A model generated the notes under the pieces. That model did not search any database. It saw only the letters and a program-made list of their open reading frames with translations, and had not been told where the DNA came from. Shown in pieces: positions 22,324 through 32,710 of a stretch of DNA of 64,000 nt. The first letter of the stretch is position 1, and each line of letters opens with the position of its first letter. The stretch covers positions 19,642 to 83,641 of the forward strand of contig ONBJ01000003.1 in the NCBI GenBank assembly GCA_900316025.1, read 5' to 3'. A program made the translations under genes and the position numbers. The DNA comes from an uncultured Eubacteriales bacterium (GTDB taxonomy: Bacteria > Bacillota > Clostridia > Oscillospirales > Acutalibacteraceae).

Positions 22324-22403
22324 AGCCTGAGCGTAGCAGAGGGTTGATTTTGTAGTTAAGACATATTTATGTTAAATCTGATTATGTATGAGGAGCTTTC
22401 AAT

Positions 22404-23615
22404 ATGAGAAGTATCCCTTTTTCTCCGCCTGATATAACCGAAAGTGAGATAGAAGCAGTAGCGGAAACACTTCGTTCGGGCTGGATAACGACAGGGCCAA
22501 AAACAAAGGAATTTGAGGAAAAAGCAGCGGAGTTTTTCGGAACACCGAAAGCAGTTGCACTCGGCTCATGCACATCATCGCTGGAGCTTACACTGCGTAT
22601 ACTGGGGATAGGAGAGGGAGATGAAGTTATAGTTCCTGCCTATACGTATACTGCAAGTGCTGCGTGTATAGCACACGTTGGAGCTAAAATAGTTATGGTA
22701 GATACATCGCCCGATTCGTTTCTTATAGACCCTGACAGAGTAGCTGACGCTATAACAGAAAAGACAAAAGCCGTTATCCCTGTTGATATAGCAGGAAAAA
22801 TGTGCGACTATGAGCGTATTTTTGAGGCGATTGAAAATAAGAAACATCTGTTCAGACCTGAAAATGACATTCAGAGAGTTTTTAACCGAGTGGTTGTAGT
22901 AGCCGATTCCGCACACGGTTTCGGTTCGAGCAGACACGGAGTTATGAGCGGCGGTGTAGCGGATTTTACAGCATTTTCACTTCATGCGGTAAAGACTATA
23001 ACCTCAGCCGAGGGCGGAATAGCCACATGGAAGCATCATGAAGGACTTGATGATGAAAAGCTGTACAATAAATATATGGTTTACTCTCTGCACGGACAGA
23101 CAAAGGACGCACTGCATAAAAATCTTGCAGGTTCATGGGAATACGATATTGTTATACCGGGGTATAAATGCAATATGACCGATATTCAGGCAGCAATAGC
23201 ACTTGTACAGCTTAAACGTTTCAGGGAAATTCAGGGCAGACGGCGTGAAATTATAGAAATGTACGATAAGGCTATGGACGAAATCGGTATAGGTTATCTG
23301 CACCATGTAAATGATGATTTTGTCACAAGCTGTCATATATATCTCACAAGGGTTCAGAATATAGGACACAGGGAGCGTAACGAGATTATAGACCGTATGG
23401 CAGAACTGGGGGTTTCCTGTAACGTACACTTCAAGCCGCTTCCTATGATGACGGCATACAAGAATATGGGATTTGATATAAAGGACTATCCAAATGCCTA
23501 CGCTCACTATAAGAATGAGATAACGCTTCCGCTTCATACAAAGCTCAGCAACGATGACGTTAAATATGTCATTGAATGCTATAAAAAAGTGCTTTCGGAT
23601 ATGAAGCTGATATAA
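22404..23615 (+). CDS. DegT/DnrJ/EryC1/StrS family sugar aminotransferase
   Basis: SGWITTGP, VIVPAYTYTAS, DSAHG, FSLHAVKTITSAEGG (PLP Lys), GYKCNMTDIQAA. Confidence 0.9.
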   Translation: MRSIPFSPPDITESEIEAVAETLRSGWITTGPKTKEFEEKAAEFFGTPKAVALGSCTSSLELTLRILGIGEGDEVIVPAYTYTASAACIAHVGAKIVMVDTSPDSFLIDPDRVADAITEKTKAVIPVDIAGKMCDYERIFEAIENKKHLFRPENDIQRVFNRVVVVADSAHGFGSSRHGVMSGGVADFTAFSLHAVKTITSAEGGIATWKHHEGLDDEKLYNKYMVYSLHGQTKDALHKNLAGSWEYDIVIPGYKCNMTDIQAAIALVQLKRFREIQGRRREIIEMYDKAMDEIGIGYLHHVNDDFVTSCHIYLTRVQNIGHRERNEIIDRMAELGVSCNVHFKPLPMMTAYKNMGFDIKDYPNAYAHYKNEITLPLHTKLSNDDVKYVIECYKKVLSDMKLI

Positions 23616-23653
23616 ATAAGTATACAGAAAAATATTTTGATTTCAGAAAGAAC

Positions 23654-23683
23654 AAAGCTTCGCCCGAAAAACGGCGGAGCTTT
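23654..23683 (+). terminator. Intrinsic terminator
   Basis: AAAGCTTCGCC/GGCGGAGCTTT stem then T-run. Confidence 0.7.
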
Positions 23684-23805
23684 TTATATATGCTCGGGTG
23701 CAGGAAAAAATATTTATGTCAGCCTTGTTGACAAGGTGACAAATGTATAGTATAATACACAGGCGGTGTAAAGCTGAAAGGTTTACAGGGGTTGGAAGTG
23801 GTTTC

Positions 23806-24174
23806 ATGGACGAAAAGATTATGGTGTCGGTGCTTCTTGAATTTTACGGTCAGCTTCTTTCCGAAAAGCAGCTTGAAATTATGAACTATTATTATAATGA
23901 TGACCTTTCTCTCAGAGAAATTGCCGATATGATAGGAATTACACGTCAGGGTGTGCATAATACTTTAAAGAGAAGTGAAGGCTTTCTCAGAGAATTTGAA
24001 GATAAACTCGGACTTTACGGAAAATGGCAGGAAATGAAGGCAGAGCTTGAAGTTATAGAGGAATGTCTGACTGATATTTATAACGAAAACCAGAACAGCA
24101 GAAAAAGTCTGTATGTTACAAATAAATGCGGCACGGCAAGAAAGGCTGCTGCCGATATGAAGAACAAATTCTGA
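23806..24174 (+). CDS. ylxM: YlxM-like SRP-associated HTH protein
   Basis: LLEFYGQLLSEKQ..YYNDDLSLREIA..ITRQGV; precedes ffh; TTGACA-17-TATAAT at 23728-56. Confidence 0.88.
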   Translation: MDEKIMVSVLLEFYGQLLSEKQLEIMNYYYNDDLSLREIADMIGITRQGVHNTLKRSEGFLREFEDKLGLYGKWQEMKAELEVIEECLTDIYNENQNSRKSLYVTNKCGTARKAAADMKNKF

Positions 24175-24229
24175 TAATTGCTCATTTCAGATAACTGGCA
24201 GATAATATAAACGTGAAAGGGTGATTTTT

Positions 24230-25609
24230 TTGGCATTTGAAGGCTTGTCGGAAAAGCTGAGTGCAGCGTTTAAAAAGCTGCGTTCAAAGGGTAAGCTTAC
24301 CGAAAACGATGTAAAAGAGGCTATGAGAGAGGTAAGGCTGGCTTTGCTTGAAGCTGACGTAAACTACAAGGTAGCCAAGGAGTTTACAGCAAAGGTATCG
24401 GAAAGAGCCATAGGTTCAGATGTAATGGAAAGTCTTACACCTGCACAGATGGTAATAAAAATAGTAAACGAGGAGCTTACGCAGCTTATGGGAGGCGAAG
24501 AGGTTCACATAAAGTGGGCATCGAAGCCGCCTACAGTAATAATGATGTGCGGACTTCAGGGTTCGGGAAAAACCACTCATACAGGTAAGCTAGCAAAAAT
24601 GCTGAAAAAAGAGGGTCACAGACCGCTTGCGGTTGCTTGTGACGTTTACCGTCCCGCTGCTATAGAACAGCTTAAAATTGTTGCAGGCGGAGTAGGAGTT
24701 CCCGTGTTTGAAATGGGAAAGGCAAACCCTGTAAAAATCGCAAAAGCGGCTGTAAAACACGCAAGGGATTACGGAAATGATGTTGTAATTCTCGATACCG
24801 CAGGACGACTTCACATAGACGAGGCTCTTATGGGTGAGCTTGAAAAGATAAAAGCCGAAGTATCACCGCAGGAAATTTTCCTTGTTGTAGACTCTATGAC
24901 AGGTCAGGACGCAGTAAACGTAGCAAAATCATTCAATGATTTGCTGGATATTACGGGAGTAGTGCTTACAAAGCTTGACGGCGATACAAGAGGCGGTGCG
25001 GCACTTTCTGTAAGGTCTGTGACAGGCAAGCCTATAAGATATGCAGGTACGGGAGAAAAAATGGACGACTTAGAGGTTTTCCACCCCGACAGAATGGCAG
25101 GCAGAATACTCGGAATGGGCGATATGCTCACGCTTATAGAAGAAGCCGAGGAGAAGCTCGACCAGAAAAAAGCTCAGGAAATGGCTGAGAAGCTCCAGAA
25201 AAACAAGTTTGACCTCAATGATTTGCTTGACCAGTTCGGACAGATAAAGCGTATGGGGCCTATAAAGGGAATTTTAAAGAAGCTCCCCGGTATGGATATG
25301 AACAAGCTTGACGATATGGACGTTGACGACAATATCATATACCGTAACGAGGCGATTATACTTTCAATGACACCCGAAGAAAGAGCGAAGCCCTCTATAA
25401 TAAATCCTTCAAGAAAAAGAAGAATTGCAAAGGGCTGTGGTCTTAAAGTCGAAGAGGTAAACAAACTGCTTAAACAGTTTGAGCAGATGCAGAAAGTTAT
25501 GAAACAGCTCGGAGGAAAGAAAGGTAAGAAACGCAAGTTCAAAAATCTTCCCGGTTTAGGCGGAGGAATGAACCCTATGGGCGGAAACAATCCTTTCGGT
25601 AAGATGTAA
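24230..25609 (+). CDS. ffh: Signal recognition particle protein
   Basis: AFEGLSEKL, GLQGSGKTT, DTAGR, TKLDGDTRGG, M domain; TTG start inferred. Confidence 0.98.
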   Translation: MAFEGLSEKLSAAFKKLRSKGKLTENDVKEAMREVRLALLEADVNYKVAKEFTAKVSERAIGSDVMESLTPAQMVIKIVNEELTQLMGGEEVHIKWASKPPTVIMMCGLQGSGKTTHTGKLAKMLKKEGHRPLAVACDVYRPAAIEQLKIVAGGVGVPVFEMGKANPVKIAKAAVKHARDYGNDVVILDTAGRLHIDEALMGELEKIKAEVSPQEIFLVVDSMTGQDAVNVAKSFNDLLDITGVVLTKLDGDTRGGAALSVRSVTGKPIRYAGTGEKMDDLEVFHPDRMAGRILGMGDMLTLIEEAEEKLDQKKAQEMAEKLQKNKFDLNDLLDQFGQIKRMGPIKGILKKLPGMDMNKLDDMDVDDNIIYRNEAIILSMTPEERAKPSIINPSRKRRIAKGCGLKVEEVNKLLKQFEQMQKVMKQLGGKKGKKRKFKNLPGLGGGMNPMGGNNPFGKM

Positions 25610-25681
25610 ATTTATTTTTCAGTTATTGATCCAAGAAATTGGTGAAGATATAAAAGTTATTATTTTCGGAGGTAAAATAAA

Positions 25682-25927
25682 ATGGTTAAAATCAGATTAA
25701 GACGTATGGGAGCTAAGAAAGCACCTTTTTACCGTGTTGTAGTTGCAGATTCAAGATACCCCAGAGATGGTCGTTTTATCGAAGAAATCGGATATTACAA
25801 CCCTATGGTTGAGCCTGCTGACGTTAAGGTGGATTCTGAAAAGGCAAAGAAGTGGATTTCAAACGGAGCTCAGATGACTGATACAGTCAAGTCTTTGTTT
25901 ACAAGGTATAACGTTCTGGGTGAGTAA
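25682..25927 (+). CDS. rpsP: 30S ribosomal protein S16
   Basis: [25 protein letters not shown]. Confidence 0.98.
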   Translation: MVKIRLRRMGAKKAPFYRVVVADSRYPRDGRFIEEIGYYNPMVEPADVKVDSEKAKKWISNGAQMTDTVKSLFTRYNVLGE

Positions 25928-25952
25928 TTTATATTTAAGGAGAATTTTATTA

Positions 25953-26186
25953 ATGGAAAAATTATTGATTACTATTGCACAGGGTCTTGTTGACGAGCCT
26001 GAAGCTGTAAAGGTTGACAGGGACGAGCCTGATGAAAGCGGAGTTATCGTTTATCATCTTCACGTTGCAGAGCCTGATATGGGAAGAATTATAGGAAAGC
26101 AGGGCAGAATTGCCAAGGCTATCCGTACTATTGCAAGATCTGTTGCGGTAAGAAACAATACAAAGGTAATGGTTGAGATAGACTGA
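25953..26186 (+). CDS. khpA: KH-domain RNA-binding protein KhpA
   Basis: DMGRIIGKQGRIAKAIRT; after rpsP. Confidence 0.9.
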   Translation: MEKLLITIAQGLVDEPEAVKVDRDEPDESGVIVYHLHVAEPDMGRIIGKQGRIAKAIRTIARSVAVRNNTKVMVEID

Positions 26187-26198
26187 TTAATTACAGAA

Positions 26199-26231
26199 AA
26201 AGGGCAGAGCTTTTTACAGGCTCTGTCCTTT
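26199..26231. terminator. Bidirectional terminator between khpA and nadC
   Basis: AAAGGGCAGAGC/GCTCTGTCCTTT stem. Confidence 0.65.
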
Positions 26232-26255
26232 ATTTTGTAGTTGTTTTGATGAAAA

Positions 26256-27092
26256 TTACTTTGCAATTTTAAGAGAAATATCAAAAGCCCTGACAGAATG
26301 CGTAATCGCACCAAGTGATATAATATCCACACCGCTTTCGGCAACAGCTCTTATTGTATCGGAGGTGATACCGCCCGAAGCTTCAAGAACAGCTTTTCCG
26401 TCAGTAATTTTTACGGCTTCGCTCATAAGCTTAGGTGACATATTATCAAGCATTATAACGTCAACATCAGCAGCCAGAGCCTCCCTGAGTTCATCAAGGT
26501 TACGAACTTCAACTTCTATTTTAGTCATATGCCCGAGCTTGCTTCTGAGTTTGGAAACAGCGTTGGTAATACCGCCGCCTGCGTCTATGTGGTTATCCTT
26601 AAGCATAGCGGCATCGGAGAGGTTATAGCGGTGATTTCTGCCGCCGCCGACGGTTACGGCATATTTCTGGAGTGAGCGTATACCGGGAATGGTTTTTCTT
26701 GTATCAGCAATTGAAGCCTTTGTACCCTTGACAAGCTCCACACATTTTGCAGTTTCCGTAGCTATGCCGCTGAGGTGCTGCAGCAGATTGAGAGCAGTGC
26801 GTTCGCCTTTAAGCAGATTTTTTGTTTTACATTTTACGGTTGCGATAATATCGCCGTATTTAACCTTTTCACCGTCATGTATGAAAATATGAAATTCCGT
26901 ATCGGGCTGTAAAATCTGAAAAACCCTTTTTGCTATATTGATACCGCACAGAACACCGTCAGCCTTTGCAAGAAAGCTTGCTGTATCTGACTGTTCATCG
27001 GGAATGAGATAATCGGTAGCACAATCAATGTAGTTTATATCTTCAAGCAGAGCATTTTTTATTATGTTGTCAACGTAGATTTGGTTAAGCAT
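26256..27092 (-). CDS. nadC: Quinolinate phosphoribosyltransferase
   Basis: GERTALN, DTRKT, HRYNLSDAAMLKDNH, IMLDNM, EASGGI. Confidence 0.97.
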   Translation of the reverse strand: MLNQIYVDNIIKNALLEDINYIDCATDYLIPDEQSDTASFLAKADGVLCGINIAKRVFQILQPDTEFHIFIHDGEKVKYGDIIATVKCKTKNLLKGERTALNLLQHLSGIATETAKCVELVKGTKASIADTRKTIPGIRSLQKYAVTVGGGRNHRYNLSDAAMLKDNHIDAGGGITNAVSKLRSKLGHMTKIEVEVRNLDELREALAADVDVIMLDNMSPKLMSEAVKITDGKAVLEASGGITSDTIRAVAESGVDIISLGAITHSVRAFDISLKIAK

Positions 27093-27095
27093 ATA

Positions 27096-28571
27096 TCAGT
27101 AGTCCTCCTGATTTTTGATTGTTACTTCAAGCATAATTTCCTGAGCAGCGGTAGCAAGACTTTTTGCTTCCACATAATCCGAATTAAGAATATAGTCGGT
27201 ATTTTCAAGGTCATTGAGTATCTGATTGAAGCGGCTGAAACTTTCCTCAAACTTTTCAGGTTTTTTTATTACAAAATACGTATCCTGAAGAGTGGTTCTT
27301 ATTTCGGTTCTTATTCCCTTGGGAAGAGGAACAGTGCCTTTGTTGTATGCGGGGGGATTTCCCTTGACTGTACCCTGATTTCCGTTTTCGATATTTTTCA
27401 TTATATCTGCAGCGGCACGTCTTGAAAATACAAGACCTTCAAGAAGGCTGTTGCTTGCAAGGCGGTTTGCTCCGTGAACTCCCGTATGAGCACATTCGCC
27501 TGCCGCATAGAGCCTGTCAACGGAGGTTCTTGCATCAAGGTTCACGTCAATTCCACCCATAAGATAGTGCTGACAAGGGAAGACAGGTATTCTTTGCTTT
27601 GTTATGTCTATACCCTCGTCAAGACATTTCTGATATATCATAGGAAAACGTTCGGTTATAAATTCGGGGCTTTTATGAGTTATATCAAGGTAGAAGTCTT
27701 CGCTGTTTGTTCTGAGTGACTCTCTTATTATAGCTTCGCTTACGACATCTCTGGGAGCAAGTTCTCCACGTTCATCATAGTTATGTGCGAAACGTTCGCC
27801 GAAGCAGTTGAGAAGTACAGCACCCTCACCACGGACAGCCTCGCTTATAAGAAAACGTTCCCTGTCTTTTTCTGCGGCAAAGGCGGTAGGGTGAAACTGT
27901 ATTCTGTCAAGGTGCATAAGCTTAGCACCAAGCTTACGGGCAAAGGCTATGCCGTCACCTGTAGCGATGGCACTGTTTGTTGTGTATTTGTATACACGAC
28001 CTATTCCGCCCGTAGCAAGCAGGCAATAGCTGCATGACACTGAAATAATTTCATCGTCTTTCAGCATACCTATGAAAAATCCGTTTTCAGCCTTGTCAAC
28101 GGAAAATACAAGCGTATTTTCGAGTAAATCTATATTTTTTCTGTTTTTTACCGCGTCTATAAGCTTATCGGTTACAGCCTTTCCTGTAAAATCCTTATGG
28201 TGAACTATACGGTTTCTGCTGTGTCCTGCTTCGAGCGTTTTAAGCAGTTCGCCGTCATTATCGGTATCGAAATCAACACCGAGTTCTTTAAGCCTGAGAA
28301 CATCGTCCGGCCCTTCCTTTACAAGTACCTCCACAGCTTTCGGATTGTTCTTATATTTGCCTGCAATCATTGTATCTTTTATGTGAAGCTCATAGTTATC
28401 GCTTATTTTATCGAGTACGGCAGCAATTCCACCCTGAGCAAGAGAACTGTTTGAAAGCTCCGCACTTCTTTTTGAAACTACAAGCACACTGTATTTTTCA
28501 TCGAACTGCAAAGCCCCGTAAAGACCTGCAACTCCGCTTCCGACAACCACTACATCATAGTTATTTTTCAT
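27096..28571 (-). CDS. nadB: L-aspartate oxidase
   Basis: GSGVAG, AQGGIAA, EAGHSRNRI, QFHPT, LISEAVRGEG, HGANRLASNSLLE. Confidence 0.95.
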   Translation of the reverse strand: MKNNYDVVVVGSGVAGLYGALQFDEKYSVLVVSKRSAELSNSSLAQGGIAAVLDKISDNYELHIKDTMIAGKYKNNPKAVEVLVKEGPDDVLRLKELGVDFDTDNDGELLKTLEAGHSRNRIVHHKDFTGKAVTDKLIDAVKNRKNIDLLENTLVFSVDKAENGFFIGMLKDDEIISVSCSYCLLATGGIGRVYKYTTNSAIATGDGIAFARKLGAKLMHLDRIQFHPTAFAAEKDRERFLISEAVRGEGAVLLNCFGERFAHNYDERGELAPRDVVSEAIIRESLRTNSEDFYLDITHKSPEFITERFPMIYQKCLDEGIDITKQRIPVFPCQHYLMGGIDVNLDARTSVDRLYAAGECAHTGVHGANRLASNSLLEGLVFSRRAAADIMKNIENGNQGTVKGNPPAYNKGTVPLPKGIRTEIRTTLQDTYFVIKKPEKFEESFSRFNQILNDLENTDYILNSDYVEAKSLATAAQEIMLEVTIKNQEDY

Positions 28572-28918
28572 TGTATATTACCCTTTCGCAGTAAGCATAT
28601 TTCTACAGGCACTCCGTCACACAGAAAGGAACGTCCGTAAGGTATGCTGAAGATTTTTAATCAAGCCCCGAATATATAATATCACAAATTTTGCCTGAAT
28701 AAAATATATTTAAGAAAAATTTATGAATAAACCCCAAAATTAATATATAAATAATATTATGGACTTACTCAGTTTAAAATTAATTTTTATAACTGAGGTT
28801 GACATTTTATAGCTTATTGATACAATAAATGTAGGAAAATTGCCTTTGGTCATAGATAACTGCTTACATCAGCAAGAGCAGGACAAAAAAAGAGAAAATG
28901 TGAAGTTACGGAGATTTT

Positions 28919-30172
28919 ATGGAATATTTTGAAAATGAGAAGAAACAACAGAGAGTACTGCTGGTATGTGTGGATACAGGAGAATATGATGCACAGTCAT
29001 CGCTTGACGAGCTTTGGGAGCTGAGCGAAAGTGCAGGAGCAGAGCCTGTCGCAACGCTGACGCAGAAAAAAGACAGACCTGATACCGCAACCTATGTAGG
29101 AAGCGGCAGACTTGAAGAAATAAAGAACTTTTGCGAAAATCAGGATATAGATGTTCTGATTTTTGACTGTGAGCTTACACCGACACAGATAAGGAACATC
29201 GAGCAGGCAACGGGAATACGCACAATAGACCGAACAATGCTTATACTGGATATATTTGCACTAAGGGCAAGGAGTAAGGAAGGTAAGCTTCAGGTAGAGC
29301 TTGCTCAGCTTAACTATATGCTGCCAAGACTTACCGGTAAGGGAGCGGAGATGTCACGTCTTGGCGGAGGAATAGGTACGAGAGGTCCCGGAGAAACAAA
29401 GCTTGAAACAGACAGAAGGCATATACGCCGCCGTATGGAAACGCTCAAAGAACAGCTCAAAGATGTAAAGCAGCACAGGGATATGCTGAAAAGCAGAAGA
29501 AAAAAGGACGGAGTAATAACTGTTGCTATAGTAGGATATACGAACGCAGGAAAATCAACACTTATGAACTGTCTTACTGATGCAGGAGTACTTGCCGAGG
29601 ATAAGCTTTTTGCCACGCTTGACCCGACATCAAGGGCGTTGAAGCTTCCGAACGGTGTAAGTGTTATGCTTACGGATACGGTAGGACTTGTAAGACGGCT
29701 TCCGCACCATCTTGTAGAAGCATTCAAATCCACACTTGAAGAAGCGGCTGAGGCTGATATAATACTTAATGTATGCGATGCGTCCTCTGAGGAAGCATAT
29801 CTTCACCTTGATGTTACAAGGGAGCTTTTCGAGAGCTTAGGCTGTACATCTTCGCCTATAATACCCGTACTCAACAAATGGGACAGAGTAAATGAAAAAA
29901 GCGGAGTAATTCCTATGGTGAGCGGAGCGGTAAGAATTAGTGCCATAAACGGAACAGGTATAGATAAACTTCTGGAAAGAATAGAGGAAAATCTTCCTGT
30001 AGAGATAAGGCGTGTAAAACTGCTCATACCGTTTGACAAGGGAAGAATTGTGGCAGAGGTGCGTGAAAAAGCTACTCTGCTTGAAGAAAAGTACAGTGAA
30101 AACGGAATAGTCATAACAGCACTTTTAAAGCCTGATATGTACGGCAGGCTGAAAGAATATGTCGTTGACTGA
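28919..30172 (+). CDS. hflX: GTPase HflX
   Basis: GIGTRGPGETKLE, VGYTNAGKS, LFATLDPT, DTVG, NKWD. Confidence 0.97.
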   Translation: MEYFENEKKQQRVLLVCVDTGEYDAQSSLDELWELSESAGAEPVATLTQKKDRPDTATYVGSGRLEEIKNFCENQDIDVLIFDCELTPTQIRNIEQATGIRTIDRTMLILDIFALRARSKEGKLQVELAQLNYMLPRLTGKGAEMSRLGGGIGTRGPGETKLETDRRHIRRRMETLKEQLKDVKQHRDMLKSRRKKDGVITVAIVGYTNAGKSTLMNCLTDAGVLAEDKLFATLDPTSRALKLPNGVSVMLTDTVGLVRRLPHHLVEAFKSTLEEAAEADIILNVCDASSEEAYLHLDVTRELFESLGCTSSPIIPVLNKWDRVNEKSGVIPMVSGAVRISAINGTGIDKLLERIEENLPVEIRRVKLLIPFDKGRIVAEVREKATLLEEKYSENGIVITALLKPDMYGRLKEYVVD

Positions 30173-30201
30173 AAACAGATGAGTGCAGAGGGGGAAATGG
30201 T

Positions 30202-30429
30202 GTGAACGTACAGGTAGGAGATATTCTTGAAATGAAGAAGCCGCATCCGTGTTCTTCAAAGACATTCGAGGTTTTAAGAGTAGGAATGGATTTTAAGATA
30301 AAATGTCAGGGCTGCGGACGTGAGGTAATGGCGGCACGGTCGAAAATTGAAAAAAACATAAAGAAGATAAACGGAGTTTCTCCGTATAAGATGCAGGCTC
30401 AGGAAAAGCAGAAGCTTGGTTCGGATTAA
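30202..30429 (+). CDS. DUF951 family small protein
   Basis: GDILEMKKPHPC...VLRVGMDFKIKCQGCG pattern. Confidence 0.8.
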   Translation: MNVQVGDILEMKKPHPCSSKTFEVLRVGMDFKIKCQGCGREVMAARSKIEKNIKKINGVSPYKMQAQEKQKLGSD

Positions 30430-30456
30430 AAGCAGGGCTTGCGTCAACGCTCAGGA

Positions 30457-30556
30457 GGCGATTGCAGACCGTCAAAAGCAAAGCTTTTGACGAAAATTCA
30501 AGGGAAAATCCCTTGAATTTTTAACGGCTGCTTTGCAGCCGTAGTCTGCAATCGCC
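30457..30556. repeat. Four-way-junction element B4
   Basis: GGCGATTGCAGAC/GTCTGCAATCGCC; hairpins 30470-92, 30493-521, 30524-42; left flank resembles the B1 left arm. Confidence 0.9.
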
Positions 30557-30608
30557 GCAGTACAGCAGTAAGCCGTGCTGCGAAAAAGCAGAAAAGGTGG
30601 AGAAATTT

Positions 30609-31688
30609 ATGTTTGAAGAAAAGCTTAACATATTTGAAAAAAGGTATGAGGAACTCAACAATAAGCTTTATCAGCCTGATACAGCATCAGACCCTGAAGA
30701 ATATCAGAAGGTAATGAAGGAATACAAGGAAATAGAGCCTATAGTTGAGGAATACACAAAATACAGACAGGCAAAGGCTATAATAGAAGAAGCTGCCGAA
30801 ATCATAAACGACAGCACAGCCGATATTGAAATGAAAGAGCTTGCACAGGAAGAAAGCAGTGCGGCAAAAATCGAGCTTGAGGAAATAAAACAGAACATAA
30901 AGCTTTTACTTTTGCCTAAAGACCAGAATGACGACAGAAACGTAATAGTCGAAATAAGAGGAGGAGCAGGGGGAGAGGAAGCAGCCCTGTTCAGTGCCGT
31001 TTTATACAGAATGTACAGTATGTATGCGGACAAGAAAGGTTTCAGAACAGAACTTCTGAATGTAAATGCTACCGAGCTTGGAGGCTATAAGGAAATAAGC
31101 TTTATGATTAACGGACAGGGAGCATATTCATGTCTTAAATTTGAAAGCGGCGTACACAGGGTACAGAGAGTACCCGAAACGGAAACTCAGGGAAGAATAC
31201 ACACATCTACCGTGACTGTAGCTGTTCTGCCCGAAGCCGAAGATGTAGAGCTTGAAATAAATCCCAAGGATTTACAGATAGATACATTCCGAAGCAGCGG
31301 AGCAGGAGGACAGCATATAAACAAGACCGAATCCGCAATAAGAATAACACATCTTCCCACAGGAACGGTTGTTGAGTGTCAGGACGAAAGAAGTCAGTAC
31401 AAAAACAAGGATAAAGCTATGAGAGTACTGAAATCCAGACTACTTCAGGCAAAAAGAGATGAACAGGCACAGGCTGTCGCACAGGAGAGAAAATCGCAGG
31501 TAGGCACGGGCGACAGAAGCGAACGTATAAGAACCTATAATTATCCTCAGAGCAGAGTTACCGACCACAGAATAGGACTTACACTTTATAAGCTTGACGA
31601 AATTCTCAACGGAAATATAGATGAAATTATAGACGCACTCATAACGGCGTACAGGGCAGAGCAGCTCAGGGAAGGACTTGAAATTTAA
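30609..31688 (+). CDS. prfA: Peptide chain release factor 1
   Basis: GGQ motif (SGAGGQH), [15 protein letters not shown]; start moved to ATG 30609. Confidence 0.97.
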   Translation: MFEEKLNIFEKRYEELNNKLYQPDTASDPEEYQKVMKEYKEIEPIVEEYTKYRQAKAIIEEAAEIINDSTADIEMKELAQEESSAAKIELEEIKQNIKLLLLPKDQNDDRNVIVEIRGGAGGEEAALFSAVLYRMYSMYADKKGFRTELLNVNATELGGYKEISFMINGQGAYSCLKFESGVHRVQRVPETETQGRIHTSTVTVAVLPEAEDVELEINPKDLQIDTFRSSGAGGQHINKTESAIRITHLPTGTVVECQDERSQYKNKDKAMRVLKSRLLQAKRDEQAQAVAQERKSQVGTGDRSERIRTYNYPQSRVTDHRIGLTLYKLDEILNGNIDEIIDALITAYRAEQLREGLEI

Positions 31689-32710
31689 TGAAAACGCAGG
31701 TTTTAAAGCCGAATGAACACTCTTTAAAGCTGGCAGGAGAGCTTATTAGGAGCGGAGAACTTGTGGGAATACCCACGGAAACAGTATACGGACTTGCGGC
31801 GAATGCTCTTGACGGTGAAGCTGTAATGAAAATATTCAAAGCAAAGGGCAGACCATCAGACAATCCGCTGATAGTACATATATGCGATTTGTCGCAGGTT
31901 GACTATCTTGTAAAAGAATTCAGCCCGAAAGCTAAGCTTCTTGCCGATAAATTCTGGCCTGGAGCTATTACAATAATTATGCCTTGCTCAGAGAATGTAC
32001 CGTCGCAGGTAACGGCAGGACTTGACACCGTAGCTATAAGATTTCCCTCAAATAAGACGGCACAAGCTATAATAAAGAGTGCAGGATTACCGCTTGCAGC
32101 TCCCTCAGCCAATTTGTCAGGAAGTCCCAGCCCTACAAATGCAGCTCACGTATATAATGATATGAAAGGACGTATTCCGCTTATCATAGACGGCGGAGAA
32201 AGCAAAGTCGGACTTGAATCAACAGTTATTTCAATGGCAGGAGATGTTCCTGTACTGCTTCGTCCCGGTGGAATTACAGTTTCTGAAATAGAGAGCGTAA
32301 TCGGAAAAATTGTAGTTGACAACGGTGTAACCCATATGCTTGCAGATGATGCAGTCGTATCAAGTCCGGGTATGAAATACAAGCACTATGCACCAAAGGC
32401 AGAAATTATTATCGTAAAGGCGGATTCCGAAAGCTATGCAGAATACGTAAACAAAAGATATGAAGCCGAAGGAGCAGGAGCATTGTGCTACAGCGAGGAT
32501 ACCGAAAAGCTGAAAGCTCCGTACATATGCCTTGGCGAAAAGGAAGATTACAGTTCTCAGGCACATAATCTTTTCAGTTCGCTGAGAAAACTTGATGATA
32601 TGAATTTAAAAAAGGTTTATGCTCACTGTCCCGGTACGGACGGAGTGGGATTGGCAGTATACAACAGGCTTATACGTTCGGCAGGATTTGAGGTGATTGA
32701 GCTTGCGTGA
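31688..32710 (+). CDS. tsaC: Threonylcarbamoyl-AMP synthase (Sua5 type)
   Basis: PTETVYGL, KGRPSDNPLIVH, APSANLSG, PGMKYKHYAP. Confidence 0.93.
   Translation: MKTQVLKPNEHSLKLAGELIRSGELVGIPTETVYGLAANALDGEAVMKIFKAKGRPSDNPLIVHICDLSQVDYLVKEFSPKAKLLADKFWPGAITIIMPCSENVPSQVTAGLDTVAIRFPSNKTAQAIIKSAGLPLAAPSANLSGSPSPTNAAHVYNDMKGRIPLIIDGGESKVGLESTVISMAGDVPVLLRPGGITVSEIESVIGKIVVDNGVTHMLADDAVVSSPGMKYKHYAPKAEIIIVKADSESYAEYVNKRYEAEGAGALCYSEDTEKLKAPYICLGEKEDYSSQAHNLFSSLRKLDDMNLKKVYAHCPGTDGVGLAVYNRLIRSAGFEVIELA

Noticed and set aside
28827-28918. hflX leader as an antibiotic-responsive attenuator
   Set aside because: Only an ATG-TAG pair and a weak hairpin; no leader peptide or terminator.
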